Shown in pieces: positions 51,301-63,210 of a stretch of 64,000 bases of DNA; within the stretch, counting starts at the first letter, position 1; every line of letters starts with the position of its first letter. The translations under genes were made by a program, and so were the position numbers. The notes under the pieces were generated by a model that had not been told where the DNA came from, did no database searches, and saw only the letters and a list, made by a program, of their open reading frames with translations. Origin of the DNA: Octopus sinensis (lineage: Eukaryota); contig NC_043013.1 of NCBI RefSeq assembly GCF_006345805.1, positions 27,342,001-27,406,000 on the forward strand. The letters are read 5' to 3'.

Positions 51301-53152
51301 TGAAAATGGTTGGAGAGGATTTCTTTTTCTGGACTGTTGTCACTTTTTCTATGAGAGCTTTATCAGGCTCAATGTCATGATCCCGCCGAACATGAACATT
51401 GAGGTCACCAAAATACTTATATTTCCGCATGCATAAATGGCACTTGTATCTTTTATCAATTGAGTGTACAGCCATATGTCGTCGTAGATCACAAGGCCAT
51501 TTTGCTATGTAAGAACAATAGGTACATTTTAATTTTGTCTTACTCACATTGAAAACACTACGCATAGTTTTAATTGACAGATCCAACGGTGCCCCGTAAT
51601 CATCCTCATAACCATTGTCATTAGCATCATCTTTCTTATCAACAGAATTCAACATTCGATACTGTTTCTCAAGATCAAGTTTTTTAAATTCTTGCAAACA
51701 AATGTTATGCTTTAATTTCATATGACGATTCATATCTGGAGACCTTTTATATTTCAGACCGCATATTAGACATCGGTAACAAAAACTTTTAGTATAACGA
51801 TGATGAGAGGGACCTTCCACTGTTCGCCTGTTGCCTTCGTCTTCGTCTTCTTCGTCTTCATCATCATCAGCGATGACACCATCATCTTCTTTTTCAATCT
51901 GATCAACAAATTTTGTTGGGACTGCTGATTCTACAATAGTCTCCGGTGAAAAGGTTTCAATGGTTGAATCTCTAACATCTCGTGGTTTAGTATCTGCTGC
52001 CGCTGTACTGGTACTGCTGACTATCAACGACACATTCTCTTCACTGTTTGAATGGTGGTTAGTAAGGTGGCGTTTCAATGCTCCTTCATTTGGGCTAGAG
52101 TACGTGCATAAGTTACATGTAAAAGCTGAGGTCATTTCATGATTCAACATATGTCGATCATAATTTGTTTTCAGGGTTGTTCCATATAAACATTCTTTAC
52201 ACTGGTAAAAATTTTCGTTTGTATGTTTGCTTTTATGAATATAAAAATCTATCTTTTTCTCTGTGCTAAAATTACACAACTTACATTTGAACACTTTTGC
52301 CTTTATGTGACAACTATAAACATGTTTGTAAGCTTGCATTCGAGTTTTGCTTGTATATAAGCATAGTTTGCATTTGAAAACAGAACTTCCATTAAAATTA
52401 GTGTTTAATTTTTCAATATACATTGAACAAGAATCTAAGTTGTTATTCTTCCCAATTTGGGCTCGAGATCGCTTGAGTTTTGCTGCCCGATTTGATATTG
52501 TGTATCGAGCTGGAGATGGCTTTTTAGGTTTCGGAGAACTAGGTGCTGGAGAAGTTTTAGTAGCTGTATATTCTGGTTGCAGCTCTTCCATTGTCACTGT
52601 TGCCTTGTGAGCCTTTTCCTTATGTCGCAAGAGCTTGTGCTTCCAGCGAGAAGCATATTCGCAGAAGTCACAAGGGAAAACATTAAAATTTGCACCATGC
52701 ACATCGATTTGATGATACAAAAACATTTTCGACTTAGTAGTTGTGAAACTACATTCCTGACAGTGATAATTGCGACAAACATTAGGTGGTGGCAAGATTC
52801 CACCTGACGATGAACTCCCAGAGATTTCTGGATATTCATCATATGAGGACTGATTCATAGGACTACTTTCAATGAGAGAGCCATCATCCATATCCATGGA
52901 AGCTTCATCAATATCTTGAATTTCTTGACTAGAAGTATCATTTTTTACAACAACTGGAACCTCTTCTAACTCTGGTGTAGATGCCATTGTGTCTTCGGAA
53001 ATTGTGCTAGGGGGAGGAAGGGAGCCTGGTAAGAATTCCTTGTTTCTGTTTCGACGCCGACAAAAATTTATATGCCTCTTGAAGAAATATTTGTTTCTGG
53101 TAGAGAATTCACATAGGTTACAGAACCTTAATGGTTGTAAGCTTCGTCCCAT
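48308..53152 (-). CDS. Large C2H2 zinc-finger protein, N-terminal 1614-aa ORF (about 23 fingers, PLDLS motif, Ser/Thr and acidic tracts)
   Basis: 4.8-kb ORF with repeated CxxC-x12-HxxxH/HxxxxH motifs. The ATG is in strong context (attATGG) with an in-frame TGA 12 nt upstream. The exon acceptor (T)n-GCAG is at 53220-53221. Confidence 0.9.
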   Translation of the reverse strand: MGRSLQPLRFCNLCEFSTRNKYFFKRHINFCRRRNRNKEFLPGSLPPPSTISEDTMASTPELEEVPVVVKNDTSSQEIQDIDEASMDMDDGSLIESSPMNQSSYDEYPEISGSSSSGGILPPPNVCRNYHCQECSFTTTKSKMFLYHQIDVHGANFNVFPCDFCEYASRWKHKLLRHKEKAHKATVTMEELQPEYTATKTSPAPSSPKPKKPSPARYTISNRAAKLKRSRAQIGKNNNLDSCSMYIEKLNTNFNGSSVFKCKLCLYTSKTRMQAYKHVYSCHIKAKVFKCKLCNFSTEKKIDFYIHKSKHTNENFYQCKECLYGTTLKTNYDRHMLNHEMTSAFTCNLCTYSSPNEGALKRHLTNHHSNSEENVSLIVSSTSTAAADTKPRDVRDSTIETFSPETIVESAVPTKFVDQIEKEDDGVIADDDEDEEDEDEGNRRTVEGPSHHRYTKSFCYRCLICGLKYKRSPDMNRHMKLKHNICLQEFKKLDLEKQYRMLNSVDKKDDANDNGYEDDYGAPLDLSIKTMRSVFNVSKTKLKCTYCSYIAKWPCDLRRHMAVHSIDKRYKCHLCMRKYKYFGDLNVHVRRDHDIEPDKALIEKVTTVQKKKSSPTIFKCPSCSFTSSYKSEIDRHSKLHDGNKPYKCKLCKYQSHWKGDMNRHLYRHHPSEVQQEEDIKNLVIYQKIINSDMMSSTKSIVTPSSSSTSLSSSLATTSCDTSTVSVPATVATITSTSTSSSSATTTSTTISIISPISSTDDNKDLSNTKQEETTDDKSILPSDCGSDMETSKLNDETPTLISDSSMVEGGSLERSAEGVSTAFADISEETNQKEVLGPFLCNYCDFSAPAPSKLKAHLATHWNLKKFKCPICGKRSNWKWDIRKHIRKEHPGQNDDVIVMSEQEAEATVLKYMETMPTNRREHQLNVAMLKPKKLFKCSQCNFQSAFRWTVLKHLRSDHSNQSGILGDNQGVENVLGNSDSHIINQIDIDESIVKIEPGTTPPKSSSVLSISSAKSTSPGNFVAKPTVVSSSNMPVLSVPVISKLKGSKKDTKSSSDKPYMCPLCGKRTTFRGDVRKHYRYMHPGEEIRILYVGSLSNEEILTRTNEIKLTNPYISPIKKEKISTSQTTEKHSDINIHSSKQSPTDTTLILASDKLKDTPEHTTALEALYSNPKRVGYIKPFKCSACGRRSNWKWDLKKHIRERHPEGGYVIVMEEEEARLSLLAECYPNHPLVTKQKDGPATSDEFSSSSLTLVTSAAQRNAQKLWRQFECSGCGYKSNWRSDVYRHIKRRHNNNRSKVMCIDHKVSDYPPPFYFKFKKSEGCYEKKTADKLTHLDVTPDTESPSANNSVTNSEATAIPDQSESITDLSSSSLLGHGKMWKCNKCTYRHKDKMLVLRHLTSHKVKPYKCKLCGHSSNYRSALYRHLRQKHGCNDYSLCKLSISYSADSEIGAASGEENDTDIGDLMDLYTCKICKFQSTWKACLYRHLRERHGTTDYNNCYIKLKSTQEGDLEENLGSDIIQEPVPERIIDRPLNKFQCNVCPYSTKKPTLLKFHMSYHKPRGQNRFKCKFCPYYVCARRLLNQHVRLHSNEHAKSKVGSKQANVSLKTDDFHH
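51575..51589 (-). other. PLDLS CtBP-binding motif in the zinc-finger protein
   Basis: CCG TTG GAT CTG TCA in frame (YGAPLDLSIK); PxDLS is the established CtBP co-repressor docking motif. Confidence 0.7.
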
Positions 53153-55205
53153 AATAAGTGTTCAATCCAAACATTGGATTAATTTATTGTGTAGAACAGG
53201 AAAAGGAGCATTGGAGACCCTGCAAAAAAAAAAAAAGTATTTTAGTAAAAGGGTAAAAAAAAGAAAGAAAAAAATCATCACAATTTCTTTTTAGTATTTT
53301 CACAATAAACAGAACTGAGTATTTAATTGTTTTGTTACAAATTTATATCAAAGAGAGACAGGTGTCATGTTTTGGTGGTTTTAAATTAAATACTAAAGAG
53401 ATAGAAAAGAAATATATTTCACAAAAATTTCTATAAAAAGCAGTCAAAACCAAACAAAATATATAAAAGAATAAATATATTTTGACGATTTGGAATGTAG
53501 TCCACCACATTGAGAAAAACAGGTCACCCTACAGAGTGGGACAGAGTCGGTCATCAACACACTTTTACCACTGTGATGTCTTCCCACTGTCTTTTCTACC
53601 ATAACAACTTCAATGCTTCATGAGAACTGGTTGTGCTCATGCCACTTCCATAGGCACATGCACACACACACAGTATTCTCTCCTCCTCAATGACCCACAT
53701 TATTACATCTATCTGCAATATAGGTCAAAGACACACCCACTCACGCTTCATTCCTCATTACCCACCTTGCTCAATTTCCCCCCTCCTCCCAGAATCTCAA
53801 AACCCTGGGATTTCTTTCCTGCCCATGTTTTTTTTTTTGTGTGTGTGCCTGTGATAGCCATTCAAGAACATCAATTGATCTCTCTCTATCACAGAAGGAG
53901 GAGAGTTCTGAGAAGATCAATCCAGTATAAACTACTTAACCCTTTTATTCCCATAATTCTTGTGAAAAGCACTGCTTAATTCTTCACTTAATTCTTAAAA
54001 TAATGACAAATTTAGTAAAATAACTGTCATTAAATAAACTGGTGCCTAGAACATAAATTAACATAAATTTTGATGAAAACTTTTAATTTAGGTTACTTTA
54101 AAGCAGGAAGTCTGTATTGCAGAACTAAGTGGTAGTCTTAGATGGATTAGTATCAAAAGAGTTTTTAAAAAGCTGATAAAGGATTCAGGCAAACAGAATT
54201 TCTTTGACAGCTACAAAAATTATACATTTTTGTGGGAGCGAGGGTTAACAGCAGTTTACTTAACCATAGTATGTGATTGGTACTTCTGAGGGCAGGGAAA
54301 GCAAAGTCAGCTTCAGTAGGATGTGAAATCAGAATTTAGACAAAATACTAAATAGCAAAAAGCATCCATTGGCACCTAAGTCAAAAAAATTTATGAAAGG
54401 ATGCAGCTGACACTATCAATCATTGAAGGGTAAATGTTGATGCCAAGAAAATTTAAATCCATATAGATAAAGATTGTTAATTTTAGTCTTAACTCTCCAC
54501 TATTACTACTACTCAATTACCCTTTCCAATAATTGCTAATATAGGCACAAAGCTACATTTTTTTTATAAGGGGTGGAAGGGGTTAGTCGATTGATTCAAT
54601 CCATTATCTGACTGGTTTATTGCCTCACCACCACCACCACCACTGTGAACCAGAAGAATGAATGGCAAACTAAATCTTGGCAAGATTTGAACTAAGAAGA
54701 GCAAAAATATCGGTTTCGAATTTTGGCTTAGAGCCAGTAATTTCAGGGAAGTGGGGGTTAATTTGTTTACATTGTGTTCAACTGGTACTCATTTTAACCC
54801 CCACTCCATCCCACTGGGAATGAAAGGCAAAGTTGACCTCGATGGAATTTGAACTCAGAATGTAAAGAAAGAACATAATGCTACTAAGCATTTTGCCTGG
54901 TGTGTTAACAATTCTGCAAGTTTGCTGCCCTCAGAAGAGCAAGAATATTGGAAGGTATGTTGTTATGAGGATTCTATCAATCCACCACTATGATATAATA
55001 AATAACACTCTATAACATTGGCACAAACCCATAAATTTGGAGAGGATTAGTCGTTTTAATCCACCTTGGGATTTCAACAATTTTATATCTCTTCATCAAT
55101 GCTACCAATGCACAATACCCATAATACTACTAATTATGTGATATATATATATATATATATATCACAAAATGTGTCAAAAAGTAACCTTGTAATCATACTC
55201 TAAGA

Positions 55206-55268
55206 CAGTGGTTCCCAACTTGTGGTTTGCAAAGGTAGTACTGGGGAGTCTACAGAACTAAATTCAAA

Positions 55269-55299
<31 letters not shown>

Positions 55300-55431
55300 T
55301 GTGGTTGTATACTGTCAACTTAACGTGACAGTCCCGTACACACACACACACATAAAGATGAGGGGTTCATGGGGTAAGTCATTTAAATAAAAGGGGTCTT
55401 CTATTGGTAGTGAAAAGGTTGGGAACCACTG
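55206..55431. mobile_element. hAT (Charlie-like) MITE
   Basis: Perfect 14-bp TIRs CAGTGGTTCCCAAC and perfect 8-bp TSD ctctaaga. Confidence 0.9.
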
Positions 55432-58400
55432 CTCTAAGACATGTTGGGATCTCAAAAATACTGCAACAAGGGCAAATTATCTGGATATTGTAGACAAAAA
55501 AAAGGAAATTTCTTGATAAATATTTCAACTGTAGTTGACAAAAAGAAAATTGGAGAAATTATCTAAACATAAAAACTTAGAAGTGAGAGATCTCTATAAT
55601 GAAGAAATTGGAAAACAGGAAGGGTCTCTATAAAGATAAGACAGTGCTGAAAATGATTTAAAAAAAAAAAAAGAAGACATATATAAAACAGACATCAGAA
55701 TTTACACAGTATATATATATACATACATACACACATAAAGCACTACTAGTTAGAGCCATATTTCATGCAATGTAACAGAAAAGTATACAAAAAGCAAACA
55801 TGGATATTCAGCAAAGATATTCTCAGCAGTGCATTGAAAACGAGTTTATTGAAGAAAAAAAAATACAATACACATTCATAGAGAATATTCTGACATTTCC
55901 TTTCTATGAATTGTGATTTATTATCCTCTCACCCCAATTAGGCTACACGATTGAACACATTCATTACTATAATCTTGATGTCATGTTCTACGGTCCATCA
56001 CTTACTCGTTCTGGTTATCTACTCCATTCAAAATGACAAATTACCGAAAGATAGTTTATTAATTTTCTCAAGATGTAACTACCAATCATGGCGAAACTGC
56101 ATTACAGATATTTAGTAGTCTTACTACTGCTATTGTTCGACCTTATAGTCATACTTTATATCACTGCCAACACAATCATATGAAAGCTTTCCAGCTTTCC
56201 CAAGTCACTGCTATGATAATTAAACAACTCATAACAGACATAAAATTAATCCCATTATGTCATTATATTCCTGCCAATCTTGCTATTCAAAAACTGAAAT
56301 TCTTTCCTGGTATAAATCACTTTCCAACCAGTAGTGCACCAAGGAACCTAATACAAACCAAGAAATGATAACACCAAATTTTCACCATATTCAAATAAAC
56401 ACCACTTTGCTATATTTTAAACAGACACATGTTCAAATATACAAACATGAGAAAAATTACTCGATACTTGAGTTTATTCATTCACAGTTGATGATTCTGA
56501 TGGCTGCCAGTCAGATATATGTGTATATATGTAAGGATGTAGGTATGAGTGTTTTTATAAATATATTTTTATTGTAGGAATTGAAATGCAGTTTAACTCT
56601 AAATGCAGGAATCTTCAGTCAAATCAAAGATTCCCATATCCAGGCTGAAAATGCTGGTCATTGTGAGGCACTGAACCCTTCAATTCCAACGATGAATTTC
56701 TTCCGACAATCAATCTGTATTGAATTTTATAAGTAGTAGTGCTAATTATAACCTAACCAATGTTCTCTGTCTCTCATATATAACATACATACACATTAAC
56801 CTCTTAATTCTTGCCAGGCTTAACTAACACAACTTCAAGACCAAATATTCTGTGCCACTTTCAATAATTGTAATTAATTTAGTTACAAGGCCAGGTACAA
56901 ATTGGGGGGCAGTCAATATTATTGACCAAGTACTTGACTGGTATGTTATTTGATGAACCCCAGTGAGATGAAAGGCTAAGCTGACCTCAGATGAGTGTAA
57001 TAGAGCAAGGTAATTTTTTTATAATGATGCTCTTATGATTCAGCAAGCTCACAGCCATTGAGTATTTTTCAGTAACAAAATCCAATTTTCGTATCACCAA
57101 TTTATATTTTTAAGAACCTACTACAACAAGACACTGATGATTCGTCAGTCACTTCACTCACCACCATCCTAGCAGACAGACGCACATACACCACCAACAA
57201 TCAGTTTGTACACTTAATAAAGATAGCTGAATGTAAAGGAGCAAATTTGCAACTACAACAGCTATCACAAATTTAACAGTTGAAGATTTCATGTTTAAAA
57301 AAATTTTTTAGAACCATAATAAACAGCAAATGCCCCCTGGATAAAAGGTATTTAACCAGTAATGTTCTAAATTCAAACTGGAACTTTTGCTCCTTCTCAA
57401 AACACATCAGTTTCAGGATCATCTTTCTCCTTTCAATTGTTTGTAAGGATTTTTTCATTTGTTCCAGGTTACTGAATATTTCTAAAAAATATCATTTATC
57501 ATTTATCTACTGTTTTCTCTGGCATACTAGTCAAATTTTTCAGACCAAAATTTATGGTCCAAAAGGTAGGTCAACTTATTACACCAAGACGACTTTGGAG
57601 GATCAAAAATTCCATGTAGAATGCAGCAGGATTTGGAAGAATAGGGATGTTTGAATGTTTACACTATATACTACGTTGACTTGTATACTGAAAAATATGA
57701 TATCTAGTGAGAGAAAGAGGAAAAGAAAGACAATTAGATATTTTCCCTAACACCATCTATTCAATCATGATGGACAAATTTATTGTGGCAAAAGAATGGC
57801 CTTCAGGCATGACAATGAACTTAACAAGGCTTGAATTATAGGTAAATAGTATGTACACATCATTAACTAGTCTGTTCATTGCACTTATCCATGTAGTATT
57901 AAATAAATGGAATGAAATAAACTTTCTCAAAACCACTACCTCATTAAAAAAAACACTACAGAAAATTCTATTGTTTATGATGTCAGCTATAGATATAAAT
58001 ATTCTTTATAAGACAATCAACAGATATCTTGTTTTATACAGCTAAAGAAAGATGCAGCTAGAAACCAGAATCTCCCACTTCAGACTTGTATGTTACCAGG
58101 ATTCATTGAGGAATGTACAAGTTTAAAGCAACATCTCAGGACATTTCCAAGATAGACTTTGATAAACCCACAAAAATTACATCTTAGCCTTCACACATAT
58201 ATTATGTATATAGTCGAAACTAAACTGTTGCAATAAATTTAATAATCATATTTATTGATTTCTGATTAGGCCATCACCAAATACTTTGTAAGGAGAGATA
58301 TGGTTGATTAAATCAACTTCGTTATATTACAAATATTAATTTATCAATCTGAGAAGGATGAAAAGCAAAGTCAACCCTATCAAATATTTAACTCAAAACT

Positions 58401-59129
58401 GAAAAAGATGTAACTAAATGTTACAAAGAACTTAGCACTTTGCAAGCCAAGTTAGTCTACTACTACTTTTGCTACTGCTACTACTACTATCATAGTCTTG
58501 TATGTCAATGTAAAATCATTCCCCTTTTTTAATTCAGAGAAATTAGAACAAGTAGAGTACCTTGCTCAGGGGACAAACACTACACAAGAAGATTTATACC
58601 TAAGACCATGTGGTCATACAAATATCACTTGCCATTGTATGCATTTCTTGATGACCTTATAAAAAAAAGGTCAACAGAGAAGGGAGTAGCAGGACTTTTT
58701 GTTGTTGTTGTTTTAAATGGTTTTGATGATCCAAAGTAGTCCATATTACCAAAAACAAAGTGAGATACAATGAAATTATAAAGCTTGTTCACAAACTCTT
58801 AAGTACAAAGTTCAACTATAGACAATGGTGAATTATTTGTACATATTTCAGTTAACCTAGTGGAATGGTTTACCAGATAACCCATACCACTTGCCATTGA
58901 AAATGACATCCAAGAATAAAAATATTGTTCAAAATATTCAGGCATTTATAAATTTTTGCAAAGCCATCTAAATTATACATACATGCAGAACAATGACCTA
59001 CATATTCTCAAACACACACACATACAAATGTTTTTATATCAAGTTATAATAAAAAAGAACTATTTTACATCAAGAAAGGCTAAGCAGGCCGAAAACTTGA
59101 GGTCACAGTTAATATTAGTCTTGCTAAAG

Positions 59130-59163
<34 letters not shown>

Positions 59164-59169
<6 letters not shown>

Positions 59170-59406
59170 ACTAATGAAGCCAAACTAAATAATGATATTT
59201 TGGAGGCATTTAATACAGGTTTCAGATCTTGCAGAATTTATAATAGGAAATACATCCCCTCACACAAAGCCTTCTTCAGTTCGTTTCAAGATATTTTGAA
59301 AAGTATTAACTGAAAGTTTTACATGAAGGGATGTAATTTCCTATGAAATACACATATTAAATGCTTTCAAAATATCATTATCTGGTTTGACTTCATCATT
59401 ACAAAT
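59164..59406. repeat. Fold-back inverted repeat, probable MITE
   Basis: tttgtactaatgaagccaaactaaataatgatattttggaggcatttaata pairs with tattaaatgctttcaaaatatcattatctggtttgacttcatcattacaaa; inner arms ataggaaatacatccc / gggatgtaatttcctat. Confidence 0.75.
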
Positions 59407-60254
59407 TATTGTAGGACTTGATGCAAGCACAAACAAGCCTGTCCTGACTCCATTTACATGGATACTCTAACAAGGATTAGGGGTAGTTTGTTTATTTACC
59501 TCAAGTCAAAAAAATCATGCTTCTAAGCAAAACACTATATATATATATATCTTTATTTTATATTTGAATTTAAAAATATATATTCATGTCAATGGAATAA
59601 AAAAATTAAATAGGGAGAGCTGTATTGATAGCATCAAAAGTACAAAACAGTTTTATTTCACACTAAAATCCACACAAAGATTTTTAAGATATTAAGTAAC
59701 TATTACTACAAAAACTGGTTTTGAAAATTTTTACCTTCAGCGCATTTATAGCCATTTTACAATGCAAGGAAGTATATATGAATTTGTATAAACAAATATT
59801 AAGCAACTATTCTTGGAGAAGGTGCAAATGCAAGTAGCATCTGATGCCAACAAACTAGTGTACCTTTGCATATTTTTACAGTTAGTAAGCTAGGCACCTT
59901 TGTAGTTAAACTGTAACAATGGCTATTTGATGCAAATTGTAAGAAGAAAATGAAAGGAGATAAGTTAATGACATAATCCTGATAAATTGTTTAAGCTAGG
60001 TGTTTGCATTATAAGCAACATTTACCTATTTTACAACTATTGTCAGAGCTGCAGCTGCCTCAAGAGACTTTCCCTTACAACCTAACTAACCTTAATCTAT
60101 ACTTAATAATGCCTGGAAGGGAATTTGAGCATCAATATTTAATATTTCCTTGCTAACTGCACAAAAACAGTATTACAATGAAAGGAAGGGGCAACATTAA
60201 ACTTCATTTAATATACTGAAATATCTATATCTATCTATCAATATATCTATCAAT

Positions 60255-60289
<35 letters not shown>

Positions 60290-61090
60290 TGCCAAACTTC
60301 ATTCTATTTATTGATACTTTTATACACTTTCAAATATTTTAACATTTAGATAAAACCTGTGCAAGATGTTCAATTTTGTAAAACTTTGGAGGGAGTAGAT
60401 AATCTGTTACCTAGGTAACTTGATCTATGCAAAGAGAGAGCAGGCAAGTAGTAGCTGTTATATTTAAGCAAGCTTTCTGAGTGATGTGGGAAGGATTTCC
60501 TTTATATTATCACTGAAGGTCTCTTTGTGTTCAAAAGATAGGCTAAGGGAAATAAATGTATGTTAGAAACATTTTCAAGCAGCAAGTAGAACAAATGAAA
60601 AAAATTACAATTCTCTGAAATACAAAAGTTCAAAAGAGCAGTATTCAGCTTAAAAACATCCACAAAGAAACAAGAAGCGTCAATGAGTTATTTCCAAGAA
60701 AGACATAATTAAACAGTAATGACAGAGATCTGAGGTGAGAAAGAATGGATTAAGAAAACTACTGCACTGGAACAGTTTAGGCAAGAAGTAAGGAATTAAG
60801 ATTGGGGGGTGGGGGTGAAAAACTGGAAAATATGGTCACAAAAGCCTACAGAAAATCAAAATGAAGAGAAGGAAATTCAAGCCCAAATTAATCTTGAATA
60901 TGAAGGTGAAACATAATGATGAGCCATTTAAGTGAAGAAGAATTGTTTAAAAATCATCTTTTAACCAGAAATCCAGTATTATTGGTAAATAGATGTGGAA
61001 ACAGCTATGGAGCAATACTTTCATTGCATCAATACAGAGGTAATGCAACTAAATTAAACTAATAATAAAAAAAAAAAGCAGTGGATTTAA

Positions 61091-61311
61091 ACCGTTTAGT
61101 ATTTAAACCAGCCATATCCGGCCCAAATATTCTACTTCTTTTATGCTCAAACTGGTCATATCTAGCCTCTCGCACCTACCCTACAATGTCATTTTAAAAA
61201 TATACAGTCACCTCATCGAAATCTCAAAGCTTCAAGATAATGCATGATATATTCAAAACAATGTGAATAAATAAGCATTACACTTCACAGAGTAATCTAA
61301 GTGGTAAAGGG
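61091..61311. mobile_element. TTAA-flanked piggyBac-type MITE (same family as 5699-5930)
   Basis: Flanked by TTAA; shares tttaaaccagccatatcc...cacctaccctacaatgtcatt...aatgcatgat...aaataagcattaca...aaaggg with the 5699 copy. Confidence 0.7.
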
Positions 61312-63071
61312 TTAATACACCAGTATAGAATTAGTCATCTGTGTATGAGCAGTTGATACATGAAAAGTTAAAACAAGAATATTAAAAAGAACATAATGAA
61401 TAAATTTTGGAAAGTAAAAAAAAAAGCTTTCTGAATATATTAGTCAAATAAAGAAGCTTGGGAACATTCACAAGTTTAGTTGAAATGTTATATGATTGGG
61501 CAAATTTCTGTTCTCTTTAGATTGGAGACGAAAGAAAATCCTACTGGTATGATGTAGTAAGCCCAACTAAAGCATGGAATGGTAGTGAGATAGAAAATAA
61601 AACAGCAATTAGCTGCCTTTAAATGTTAGTATGGCTTCATACCTCACTTTGTTGTCATAGGTGACCTACATTTCTCTGCATGGCCATAGTGTTTCTCTCA
61701 CTATAGCTCTGCTTCAGAAAGAAACCACATACTATCCTTACGAGAGAGATCACTAAATTACTTGCAGCACTGTAAAAGCTTTACTCTAAAATTTTTCCAC
61801 GTGAGGATGCTGATAATTTCCTTTTGAAGGGAAGCAATAAAATAAAAATAGGAAGGAAGAGAAGAAAGTACATGGATGAATATTAAGCCAAGGTGATAAC
61901 AGCCAAAAGTGGCATAGACAGTAGCAGTAGTATTCTAATATACAACAGAGGCTCTCAAGTAAGAGCTAGAACCATTGCTAGTCTACTGAAGACAGCAGTC
62001 AGACTAAAAGGATGCCAGAGATCTTATGAGCTGGTGTCTTCACTATTGATCATTGTTCAATAGTGAAGAATATAGTTCAAGATTTGCAAACGGTTATAAA
62101 CAGAGATAGAGAAATTATTACCAAGATCAAAAGACCCTATGAGTTTAGGTCTTTTGATCTGGCTAATATATAAATATATATATATATATGAAAATTTCTT
62201 TCTAGTCTTATATGCCTTCAATTTTAGATATCTTAGCAGTTCTCACACAAACAGTGTAATTTAAAATAGAGTTAATTAATAAACAAATCATTCTTTAGAG
62301 AAGAAAACAAACAATTTTAAAGATTCTGTAACTAAACGGCTTTGGTCATGTTCTTCATAAGCATTATCTTTACAATTTAAGCTATAATTATTGAACATGC
62401 CTCTTCTCTTACCAATGAATTAAGGATTCGTTATGCAATAAAAAGCCCAAATTGGAAAATTGCATTATTAAAAAAAAAACTAAAAATTAAATCGAATTAA
62501 GAAGAGAAGGAAAAAGTGAATTCTCAGGAACGTTTACAAATAGCTCATCTTCTGTGAGGCAAAATAAATTAGTGAGAGAACTGCTACAATATCTCTAATC
62601 TTAAGTCATAGAATTAAACAATGATAGATCAATAGTCATTACACGTTTTAGAAGTGGGTTGAATTGAGTACAAAAACGTTTTGTATCCAAGTCTTTTGAA
62701 CTGAGAAAACGATTTCTCTGCATATAGCTTTAACATAAGTTTTATAAAGACATGTTTGCTTTTTTAGTTTATTAGCAAAATTCAGTTCAGTTGGATGAAC
62801 TCCAATCCACCTATCAAGATTTCGTTTTGAAGGCCGCATAGTCAGAGTATGGACTAAAATAAATTAGGCTTAAATATATTAGGCAAAAGTGAAGTTTGAA
62901 CGTTTGGCAATAATTGATAGCTGTAAAGCTGGTTAATTGAGAATTTATACATTCCAAGAATTCGAACAATCAATCTATAAGCACATTTTGTTTTGTAAAT
63001 AGAATGTATTGGAAATAAAGACCGCACATTAAGTGACAGCAACCCAACACAAAACTGCTAGACATACTCAC

Positions 63072-63210
63072 CAGATATTTTCTGTGTGAAAGATATCAAT
63101 AGACAATGTAGAAAAACACGAAATAGAGAAGGATAAAGACATGGTTAAGTTCGCTTAATCTAAGATTTACATATATATATTAGTTCGCTATGTGCGTGCG
63201 CGCTTAAGAG
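63072..63210 (-). other. Candidate upstream (5' UTR) exon of the zinc-finger gene
   Basis: Acceptor tttttctttgacag (63211-63212) and donor CTG|GTGAGT (63070-63071) flank a 139-nt segment with local CpG enrichment. Splice motifs only. Confidence 0.4.

Noticed and set aside
47669-53294. Plus-strand ORFs overlapping the zinc-finger exon (e.g. 50664..51104)
   Set aside because: Antisense shadows of the coding strand with no recognisable domains.
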